Source: Bugula neritina (lineage: Eukaryota > Animalia > Bryozoa). Taken from it: DNA of 64,000 nt. The notes beneath the pieces are model-generated. The model searched no databases, was not told the DNA's origin, and was given only the letters and a program-made list of their open reading frames with translations. This document shows positions 53,177 through 64,000 of this stretch, one piece after another (the stretch's first letter is position 1; the number at the start of each line of letters is the position of its first letter). The stretch spans positions 20,939,700 to 21,003,699 of the forward strand of contig OZ037768.1 of NCBI GenBank assembly GCA_964035545.1. Reading direction: 5' to 3'. The position numbers and the translations under genes are program-made.

Positions 53177-56068
53177 GACCTTCAACACTCACTTCTGCCA
53201 AAAAAGGAAACATAACTCAATTATTGCTAGAAAAATAAACAAGTAAAAAGTATGCAAGATACATTGAACAATGTTACTACTGGTAATGACCGCAAAACTG
53301 AAAATTGATGAATATGATAGTTGAATGTGATAGTTACACTCACATAATAATTTTAATTTATATGATCATTAGCGCAATAGTAATTATAACTATGATGTTG
53401 CACATGATCCAGAAGACTGGTAGCAACATTGATACTGCGTGTTTGAATTGCTGTAACTTTATGTAATTACAAGTTACCAATGCAAAATCTTTTTAGCCTA
53501 TAGGTGTTCATTGCTTTAAATAGAAATTTTTTGCTATGCTTAACTTACTTATTCACAAGTTATTTTGAGTATTGTGTTTTTGGGTTACCCTGCTATGTAA
53601 GGTAATATGGAAATGAAACATTATAAGTGTGCCATATTATTATGTAAAGAAATTTAAGAAAAAAATCCAAATCAGCTCTTTCTCAACCAGAACCTCCTGT
53701 ACTTTCCGTATGATTGAATGTCTACTTGAAATTTAAGCTATAAATGCACCTTCTTTGCAGTTTTTCCAAATTGCTTTTATTCAAGTTTGTTGTTAAAATA
53801 ATAGACAATTTTTTGTGTCCCAGTTTGAGAGAGAGTTTGCTCTATTTTACCCTATTACCTGTGACTATTATCATCATTGTGAAGGTAATACTAAAAGTAA
53901 TACTCAATAACTAAAAGATTAAGTCTACTACTACTAGTAGTTAGTAAAAGTAACTAAGTTATTGCTATTTACTATGCTTATGATACCCACGCTGATAATC
54001 ACTCAAATTTACCATGAGATTGAGTGCGATCACCAACTTATCATCTCATTCACTATCAGTGCCACTATGAGTATGAGCACCACTATGAATATGAATATGA
54101 CTATAACTAAAAGTATAACTAAAGTATTACTATTGTCTATTAGTAAAAGCTTACAATTACTATACTGATAGTGATACCTATAATATAAGTACAAGTATAA
54201 CTATAAGTATTACTTAGAGTTAGACTATTCCGACTCGTACTAAGAATAACTGTAAGTGTAAGAGTAAGACTAATGTACTCAGTATCACTATAAGTATAAA
54301 ATTAAATATAATCTTAAACTTAAAGTAAAAGTTAACCTAGCTATGGCCATCAGCTATGCATAACAATAACATTAACTGATAGTGATAACTCTAAGACTAA
54401 GGCTAGGATTAAGAGTAAAAGCAAGAGTAAGACTAAGAGTAACTGCAAGTCTTATTAGAATTAGTATTACTATTACTATTAGTATTAGACTTAGTATTTG
54501 AATTTCTAATATTAATATTTCATGCTTCCTCATGTTGAAGTTCCACCTAAACTTCTAGTTCAGTAGTTGAGTAGTTCTACTAGTACAAATACTTTTTCAA
54601 ATATTAATTAAGTAATATTCATATTTATACTATCAATATCATTATCAATGGCAATATTATGATCATTATCATTATGATTGTGAGTATCGTTATGCAACTT
54701 GCAAGTGCAATTTGAATTTCATCTCGCAGTGAGTTGTGCAGTACAGCAATTATTATTATTATAATAGAAATGAAAAGAATAATAGCAATAGAGTAATAGT
54801 GAAACCTTAAACTATTAGTAAAATAGTAAATAAAGTTTATTTTATTAATAAATTTAATAATAAATATATATATTTATTCTAAGTTAAAGTTTGGATATTC
54901 ATTATGAGTAAGTGATTATGATTATTTCATAAATCGTGCTTAGTAGAATCATTGGCTCGTCGATATAGCATGCAAATGCGCATGTTTGACTAGCTGTTGG
55001 TTAATTGGCATTTCGTCTGCTATTGGCTTTTAGGAAGACAACTCCAAAAAGTACTAATTGGGAGCAGTTACTGAAATGACATTATAAATACCTTTCAGCT
55101 TGTGCAGTCGTGGAGAAATGTTCATAGCGAATTGTTCTTCACTTGTTTTTGTTTTCATTTTAATCAACGAGACTGAACAAGTCATGCTCACAGGTCCATG
55201 CAAATGACCCCTGAACTAGAAATAGAAATGATATTTTCTAGTTCATTGCAAATGACCAGATCCAAATTATGTTACATTAGGACGTAGGTTGTAGTTGTGC
55301 TGGATGTATGCTATAGCTATATAAATGATAAATTAATTGATGTCATTATGCAGGCATCTATCAGACCACGCGAATATGGATAGTTAGTAATTTATCTATA
55401 CAAGCTACTGTTATCAAATCCACATTTAAATAATATCCACTATAGCTATATAAACTTAAAAAAATATTCACCCTTTATAGGCAGGGTATGAAGTACAGTA
55501 TATTGTTTTTAAAACAACAGTTTATAGAGTCGATTTTAATCTTATTTTGTGCAGAATGTGTTTACTACATTTTGAGCCAATTTAACTGCTGTTGTGCTAC
55601 AGCATAGGCTACACAGCTGTTGGCCAACTTGAGTTTTTTAATCTAGGTTATCACAAGAATAGAAACTTTGAAAACCAAATGTGTTATCTATTATTTTCTA
55701 AGATTATATTGATAGATGTAAGATCGCTTTAACAAATTAAAAGTTTGCCAAGTTTCCACTATAAATTGCTTTTTAGCAAATTTATTATCTTATTAGCACA
55801 ATATGAGTATTTGTATATTATTCAGAATGATAAAATACCGTTCATTAGCATATATCCCAGTACACACCACTAATTTGTAAACTTTTATTATAATAATTAT
55901 AATAATATTCAGTTGAACTGTTGAACAGTTGATAATTTGTATTATAAATTTCTAATACGTGAAGCATCACATATTGCTTAACAAACTCCATTTGTGGGTA
56001 TAGGCAGCTATGTTATCTCCCCTGCTGCATTACACTCTTTTAATTTCCCCTTGCTACCTACACCCTGT

Positions 56069-58893
56069 TTATTTAGAAAGGTGGAAGTGTTTCATGAATC
56101 CCGATTCACCGTAAGATAGAAGCGCTACATCCCCGTCACTCTTAATACTCAGAGTCGTTATACTACAGTGGTGTAAACTCAGACGCAGCCATGCCTCTGG
56201 GGGCAACTGAAGAGCTCTGAAATATATCAACAAATATTATGTCTATATATAGAAACACATGACTGTGTGCATTCTAGAACTATGTTGTCTTTATGCAACA
56301 AAATGTCACGTATATTACTTCAAAAACAGAATATGATGCGAAAAATTCATCCATTATGGTAATTAATGTATAGTCTTGCAATCATCAAAATTTTGCAAGT
56401 GGAAAATTGTTTGTATAAAAATTATTAATATAGAAAGGTTTAATTTTTGCAAAACTTCTGAGATATAGTTTTACATGCAGTAAAATGATTAATATATTTA
56501 TGTTCATTAGTGACCAGTTTACCATTTACAAAGTTTACAAATATTATCAGAAGAATTTTCTCCATTATTTAGTAAGGGGAGGGGGGGGGGTAGTGGAGGG
56601 ATTTGCCTTAAAAATGTATAATTTACAATGCTAGGTTCTCATGCTATGTTCTTAAACTAACTCCAACACTTTAATTTCTATATTACTTTTACATAGATAT
56701 AGATTTAAACACAACAGTAAACATACTAGTTTATCAGTACACAGTATCTTATGACACACCTACCTCAGCACACAGTATCTTATGACACACCTACCTCAGC
56801 ACACAGTATCTTATGACACACCTACCTCAGTACACAGTATCTTATGACACACCTACGTCAGTACACAGTATCTTATGACACACCTACCTCAGTACACAGT
56901 ATCTTATGACACACCTACCTCAGTACACAGTATCTTATGACATACCTACCTCAGTATGCAGTATCTTATGACGTTGCTATGGGCCACTATTAATTCACAA
57001 CTCGAGTCTTTTTGACTGGCACTAGCCCGATGGAAATGCTTTCTAAATCCAGCCTCTATTCTGGCTCCATCTATGAAGAATTTCTGAATCAATAATAGTA
57101 CAATACTATAGTAGTATAATATATCATTATAATTGTAGATGATAATATAATGGTACAATATAAAAAAATATTACAATATAAATTGTCAAATAATATATGT
57201 ATGCTTTTTTGAATGAAATTGAAGATTTGCAAAATTTCAACTATATAATCATGAGTTTTCATAATTCATCCGTGCAGTCTTTAGTTTAGAAGTAACTTAT
57301 TCCAATTTAACTGCAAATATTTGTAGCATTTGAGTTGTCTTAAAATTATAAACATAAATGTAAACATAAATATGAACGACGCAAGCATTGAGTACAACTT
57401 TGTAATATTATGAATGGTATCCCACCGTCTGCTTATTAATCACAATTTTTCAACTTCGCTATAGCTCAATATCCTATCAGATATTAAATCCAAAAATTAA
57501 AATTTAATTAGAAAAGTTGCTTACTGAAGGCTCAGGTTCCCAAGAACTTGTATTCGGTTCGGGTGGGATAGGGGCACCTTCCTCAATAAGAGAGCAATAT
57601 TCCATTGGTGTATCTGGAGAAAGGAGAGCAGCTATAAAATTGGCAGTTTCTAAGGCTCTAACTTTGGTTGAGGAGATGATTTTAGTAATGTTATAGTCCA
57701 ACGCCACAAGCCTTTTCCCAACTTCCACGGCTTGTTCTTGGCCTATGATAAACATAAGTAAATATTTCTTAGTTCGTTATAAATTTTAGGTTTAGAATTT
57801 ATGTTATATACGTAGAGAGAGCCTCGGTCTAGCGGTCAGAGCACTGGCTTAATAATCACAAGGTCAGTGGTTCCTCTCCAGCAAAGGCTATTGGTGATGT
57901 TAGGAAAGGCATTCCGTCACAATTGCTTTTTTTCCACAATAGAAAGCAAGTCCTTAGCCTGGTAAAACACCCTTTTTATCAGGGATTCTCACCGGATTTC
58001 ACGATATAAGGTACATGACATATATATGATGGCATTAATTAGCTATTTACTATTCTAAGCTTTCAAGGTAAAAAGAACTGTATTACATGACTACATTACC
58101 TAGTGTTGTCAAAGTCTTTTCTTCTTCTGTTCTAGCTCCCGTATGATATTGTCCATGTCTAACTAAAATAAGATACCGGGTAGCTGTCACTGTCGCCATG
58201 CTATGTTCTTCAGATGGTTCTCTACTAATTATATAGAATAGCACAACCATATTATGTTATGCTTATAGCCAATGTCGTTGTGTTTACCTGAAATCAGATT
58301 TCAATTACTATAATGCGTTGACATTGTTATTAAATAGCAAATGATAGTAAACGTTTAAAGCATAATATATTAATCAAAATTACATCTATTGAACTTTTTG
58401 CATGTTTGCTGAAATTTGGCTGTGCATGTGGATTATAGAAAAAAAATTATCAGAAGGAAAATAGTCAACAATAAACAATCTTAGAGCATGCTATCTATTG
58501 GAAATCAGCGGAGACAGTTTGTTAACTTAGAATAGGTCTTCTATTTTTCAAGATCAATTATAAGATAATTAAGAATATGCAACCATTTTAATAGAGGTAA
58601 GATATTAGATATATCATATGTAGACAGGTCTTAATACTAAGATTTTATCTGCTATAATAGAACTTCCGCTTATGTACCCAACGAATGAGAAAATGTCGTA
58701 TTCCTTACTAGTCCCAGTTGTTATTCCACTGATATTGAGGCTCAGGAATGCGATAGTAATCAGCCAATTTACCATTCCCTTGGTAGCGTGTACTTGAGCA
58801 TATAGCACGGCTGGCTATTTGATGGTGATGAGCCATTTTCATGACCATCTGCTTACCCACAATTCCAGAGTAAGCCAGTCGGAAGAAAGCCAT
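56069..58893 (-). CDS. PGAM5: PGAM5 paralogue, copy B, 269 aa
   Basis: Exons 58709-58893, 58100-58224, 57525-57742, 56950-57083, 56069-56216. Same intron phases as copy A and identical exon 3 and 4 lengths (218, 134). Motifs [56 protein letters not shown]. Upstream non-coding donor at 59074-59079. Confidence 0.92.
56735..56972. repeat. 31-bp tandem array spanning the exon-4 donor of PGAM5-B
   Basis: Unit ACAGTATCTTATGACACACCTACCTCAG(C/T)AC, about 7.5 copies; the last copy is the coding exon end. Confidence 0.95.
57815..58025 (+). mobile_element. tRNA-derived SINE with Meta-domain-like core
   Basis: Box A-like GGTCTAGCGGTCAGAGC and box B-like GGTTCCTCTCC, then GGTGATGTTAGGAAAGGCATTCCGTCACAA, resembling the MetaSINE central domain; ends in an AT repeat. 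The cloverleaf is degenerate. Confidence 0.65.
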
Positions 58894-59565
58894 CTGAGAA
58901 TAAAAAAAATCAATATAGATTATGATAGAAATATGTGTGAAGGTATTTATAGTACGAGTTGAAACAGATCCCCCCCCCCCTCCAAACCGAAGTGTTACTT
59001 CTACAAATATTAAAAATATGTGAGCTTGATGCAGTAAAAACACATAAATTCACCTTAATAAGAAACTGGTAAAACTTACAGCTGCTTTTAAGTGATCCAG
59101 TTGCTGTAGTTAGATGTTTCACCGTTGAAAATCTTTTTATGAAACAATCATGAATTATATTAGATTGTTTGCCATAAAGTCATAGCACATATCTTTGCAA
59201 TAACCCATCAATGTCTATGATGGATTGTTGTAAAATATAAAAAGTATATTGTTGTAGATAAAAATTACAGCAATAATTCCATATTTGCAACTCATATTTA
59301 AAAAGTTTGCATAATATTCCTGCTTTGTGTGAGTTTATGGCGCGGTCCGAGAGCTGTTGTTATAGTCTGACTCAGCTATCTTTATAATACTTGAATATCC
59401 TGCCAGGGAGCTGCAACTGATGGCACGGGCACTGCAATTACACCTCTAATAGCATTTAATACTACGGCACACAGTACAAAACTACCATATTGTATACAAT
59501 GTACCTTGCACTTGACTAAAATAAAAGACAATTGTTATTCTAAAACACTATGACTATTATAAAGA

Positions 59566-59649
<84 letters not shown>

Positions 59650-59692
59650 CAACAGTAGTAGTAGCAGTAGCAGAAGTAGTAGTAGTAGTAGC

Positions 59693-59765
<73 letters not shown>

Positions 59766-59770
59766 ATAGC
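59566..59770. repeat. (AGT)n/(AGC)n microsatellite
   Basis: About 200 bp of AGT with AGC interruptions, upstream of PGAM5-B. Confidence 0.95.
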
Positions 59771-60422
59771 AGGAACTAACAGTGGACTATTCAGTTATAG
59801 GTTCAACAGCTGTTCAGTAATATTAGCAACGAGCACTTAGAAGTTGTCTACTCAGCGTGTTAGTCTGAGAGCCAATCAAAATATGATGTGGTGAGTATAG
59901 GCTTGAGAACTTTATACTTCTCTACATGCAGATTATTTTAATCCACAGGTTATAGTATAGCGCCCCTTACTTGGTCTGACCGTGCAGTGATAACGGGCTA
60001 TCTATCACATTGCAGGGTAATAAATTAAATTTGTAAATTTATAAACCAATAACATCTTCCAAAAATGTATTTCATCAGCATCATACATTTTTCAGTACAT
60101 GTACAAAAATCACAACACATACAGTGTGGTGAGTTACATAGCATAATAAGTTATAATCACAGATGTACAGCATTGGCATCCAAGAGTTAGTAATTTACAA
60201 CAAAATTCCCAAGTTTATGCTTTCTGAAAAAAAACCTGTAGATCAAAACTAGAAGATGTCCTTGTAGCTTACTTTCAGGATGTGAAAGTATTGAACTTAA
60301 TTTTCTCTCGTGGTCACAACTTTAATAAAGAGTTTGAACTGTTAGTTTCAAGAGCTTCACATAACTCCAGCCAACAAAGTCAAATATACCAACAGAGCAG
60401 CTGAAAGAAGACGACTCTAACT

Positions 60423-62941
60423 TCATGACTTGGAGCTTTCAACAACTTGTTTTTGCACTTTGTTACTTGTACCGAGGTGAGACGCGGTAACAGCAATGCC
60501 AGCTAGTAGCTCCAAATCATCTTCACTGCTACTGCTGTAAAATATACAGTAAATATCAAACTGATAGAAGTTATGTTTGTGAATCTCTAATCCTCAAATA
60601 TTAAATTAGACATGATTGTGAAGGTTTAATACTAACATATCTAATACACCAACACAAATCTACATCATCATCTTATGATTAGTTCATTAGAGGCCAGGTA
60701 ATAAATCAAAACATCTATAGGATTAGCATATTAGTTCATAAATATTATTTTTACTATGCAAAATTTCAGATGTATCGTCACCCACCTTGATGATTCTGTA
60801 ACATTAGATTCCAGTCCTTTGGACTTTTTTCGTTTCTCTACAAACAAAGCACAGGTGTACTTTGTAATACATGTGTACAACATGAAAATCACCAAGAATA
60901 TGTTATGTAATCATTGCTGTATTTGGTGATGCTGCCACAGAGAGGTCATGCCATAGTGTGGAAATAAATCAGTTAAAAATATTTGTTTGAGTCAAAATTT
61001 CAATTATAAAATTTAGAACTTGAAGTAAACAATTTTTCAAAGCTTTTGGCTCAATCAAAGAGTTTGAAAGATTAACAGTCACTAGAAGAAAAGAAGCAAT
61101 TTAGTAGTTCAGACGTTGCACTTCTAATAAAGGCTTATTAATTCTTTGGCCCCCCCCCCCCCCCCCCCCGGAAAACATTTCTAACAAAATTGAATGAAAT
61201 AATTATTGTGCCAATGCCTTGCTACCTGCTCATAACTGCTACTTAGTTTCACCAACTAATATATAACATATTACTTTCCAATTTCAGAGAGCTATTCACG
61301 CCCTGGATATCTCAACAAATTGACATTTTACTCACTAGCTTTAGAATGTTCCGGTTTCCTTGATCTACTTTGGCTAAAACAGAAAATCATATCACAACTA
61401 AAAAACCATGTACCATAATCAGTCATGCATGCTATGACATACGTTTGCTAAAAAATTAAACTCTGCTTTCACAGCACATAGAAATGGAACTATCTAAACG
61501 AATTTACCTAAAAGTTTAAAGTGCACATGTGTTATTTGTCAAATTAATTTAATCTCAACATGATAGTAGCATAATTCATAGAGTAAAACTTTGAATTTTC
61601 ATGACATATAGCCATGTCGATGCTAAGTTTCCCGCATACATTTTGCAACCTCTTGATGGCAAGCTCTAACTCAAATTAGCTTATATATCATACCTGGACT
61701 CTAACAAAGATTTCATGAATTCATCTCTAACTTGTTTTGAGAATATATCAATATCTGAAAATTTTGAAAACCTTGTTAGAAATTTACATCAACACAAAAA
61801 TTGATGCTTATATAAACATTCAATGTTGACACGTTAAAAATAATATGTGCATTTGCAATATCAATTCAAGTTTAATAAAATGTAATTTAAGAGTTTAAAT
61901 TGTTTACTCCAAATTTATTCTCTAAGAAAGTTGTGTATTCTAGAAATATCAAGTGTCCATTGTATAATAATAGTTAATAGTTCTCTAATAATATTGTATG
62001 ATCCATAATTATATGTTATATTATGGTGTTGTCTACCCGAGTATGGTACATAGCATATTATACTGCAATGCACTTACGCTCCTATTTCCAAATGGCAAAT
62101 GACAGCATGTAAGACAAATATTATAGCGAATGCCTCCATTTAAACTAAAATTTAAATGCAAATTTGTAAATGGTGGGCATTATAGGATTTTTTGATACAC
62201 AATTATCAAATGTGCAGCCTTATTAGTAAGTATGAATGAGTTAGTTATCAAATAAACTTTATATGTAGTTATAGAATGAGGAGATCTTCTTACATAAATA
62301 ACATCAACAAAACTATAAATCTTTTGTACAAAAACCTAATACAAAGTAACATCATAATGATATTAAACGCTCCATCAATAGAAACATCTAAAAAATTATT
62401 ACTTTTAAATAAGCTAAACTTATTGTTTAGCGAATCTCTCAACACACCTACAACTTCCTCTGAAGAAGGGAAATCCTCCGATTCAACAGTCATCTCTTCC
62501 AAGTAATCCTCTAATAGACTATAGAGTGTTTTCCTGATCTCTTTCTGCTCAGGTGTCTGAGTCTGCTTCAACTCGCCCCCTGTTTGTATGTAAAATAGAA
62601 ACTAAACAACATTTATGCCACATCAAAGGCTGAAGAAGAGTTTATTGATTTATTTATTAATTAAGAAGAATATTATTGAGTAATTGTGTCCTCAGCTAAT
62701 CAACTTATCTCTGTTGTTCAAATTTTGAAGTTAACAGAAATTCAAATACAGATTTTAAATTAGTAGCAGTTGAAACATAGACATTTTCTCCAGCAGCCAA
62801 ACGTAATTTATCTCACATTACTATTTAATATAAAGTGCATATGCTATTTGCTAGACAACAAGTGCGGCATAATATGTTTCTCATTTTGAATTAATGTAGC
62901 ATTTTCTTCTCACCATTATCTCGTGCAGATGGATTTGTCAT
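60423..62941 (-). CDS. Short CUSTOS (C12orf43)-like protein, ~140 aa
   Basis: Phase-consistent exons 62914-62941, 62448-62579, 61694-61754, 61336-61373, 60786-60837, 60423-60534 give MTNPSARDNGGELKQTQTPEQKEIRKTLYSLLEDYLEE...DIDIFSK...KKRKKSK...SSSSEDDLELLAGIAVTASHL... This resembles CUSTOS motifs as I recall them (ELxTTPE..KKL..LLD; basic patch; SSSS-acidic..AVS). The exon-2 donor and the family call are less certain than the existence of the gene. Confidence 0.6.
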
Positions 62942-64000
62942 GCTCAGGAGTCAAAAGCTGTTGAGTTGGGACATCTAACCCTGTATAATAGTAATATGGT
63001 ATCTGAAAGTCAAAGTGTATATTTATATTATAAGAGATTATTTAGTCATAGTGATAGTGTAACAAAATATTATCTCAAATAAAAGAGAAGAGATGAACCT
63101 AAATCAGCTAAATGATGAAAAAATTAAAACCAGGAATTTACCTTTAGTAACTAATTGAGTCACTTAAGTTAATTATTCGCTTAAATTTTACCTAGACTTC
63201 CATAATTCATTTTAATTTTTACTAATGAGTAATAATCAGAGGTAATAACTAAGTCTAAAATCTAAAGACGAAGTAATTAATTGAAATCTACGGCTAAGTG
63301 AAAGTTTAATAAGTAAAACTAAATGTAATGACTAATAACTTAGGTTATCTCAATTTCTCCACCACTGCTCCTAAATAATAAGTAATGACTACCGTCAATG
63401 ACTAATCAGAATCACTAATGACACTAACAGTTTGAGTTTCAATAATAATTATCAAATTTGCACTTTTATAATAATAATTACTATTTTTATTATATTCGTT
63501 ATTAATATTATTATTATCATTTAATTTTATCTTTTTAAGTTTAACTTTATGAGCTTCCAATCCCATACTCATTCTCATAAGTCATACTGATACTCATACT
63601 CATAGTGATAGGGCTAGGAGTAGGCATAAATTTTAAAACAAAGCAAATTTTCAACAGTAAATATTTACATTTAAATTCAGTCCTACATAATGATAGCCAT
63701 AATAGATATTACTTATTAAAATTATATCCATTGGATTTAATTTATTCATATTCACATTGGTCGTTGGATATGGTTATTGCACATTCTTAATAGAGTACAC
63801 GAACAGTACCTGGAAGACCACACACACCATTAGTATCTAATAAACGTTTAAAACTGGACCGCTGAACGGACACAGAGATCCTAAAGGATACACATCCTGA
63901 AAGAAATGAAATGTCTGTTGCACCCGCAAGAAAAGTAAATATTGGTTTAAAGATCTTAGCCTATCTATAAGAGTCGAGCGAAAATGGCCGGTGATGCAGT

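Noticed and set aside
56735-56972. CRISPR-like appearance of the 31-bp repeats
   Set aside because: Contiguous units with no unique spacers, no cas genes, eukaryotic intron context.
57815-57890. Functional tRNA gene
   Set aside because: Degenerate T-loop and acceptor stem, and it continues into a SINE-like body.
50592-62941. Trans-spliced operon (CUSTOS-like, PGAM5-B, PGAM5-A), since acceptors lie just before the ATGs
   Set aside because: Plausible cis donors exist upstream of each (59079, ~55091, 63809; 45537 for ACLY), so ordinary non-coding first exons suffice.
63984-64000. Start of a divergent + strand gene (ATGGCCGGTGATGCAGT)
   Set aside because: Only 17 nt are visible at the window edge.

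Overview
AT-rich, intron-rich animal (invertebrate-type) nuclear DNA; the taxon cannot be fixed from sequence alone. Exons were assembled by hand from GT-AG sites and checked for phase. Left to right: (1) 3' part of a decayed, intron-containing P-element/THAP9-type transposase (73-1200, +); (2) a two-exon, divergent 9-cysteine activin/myostatin/TGF-beta-class ligand (7354-10217, +, 374 aa); (3) ATP-citrate lyase (13207-42995, -, 26 coding exons, 1087 aa, plus a candidate 21-nt linker microexon), whose introns hold MITEs, a 5.45-kb TIR element and many minisatellites; (4) a SUMO1-like gene divergent from ACLY (46502-49883, +); (5) two tandem PGAM5 paralogues (-) with the same intron structure but different N-termini; (6) a short CUSTOS-like gene (60423-62941, -). 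The most unusual patterns are: (a) long degenerate (ANT)n / hexamer-periodic tracts in the first intron of four housekeeping-type genes and just inside both ends of the 5.45-kb element; (b) minisatellites that abut or duplicate splice signals, including a 31-bp array giving seven tandem 5' splice sites in the second PGAM5; (c) a PGAM5 duplicate apparently lacking the membrane anchor. No CRISPR, rRNA or true tRNA genes were seen.
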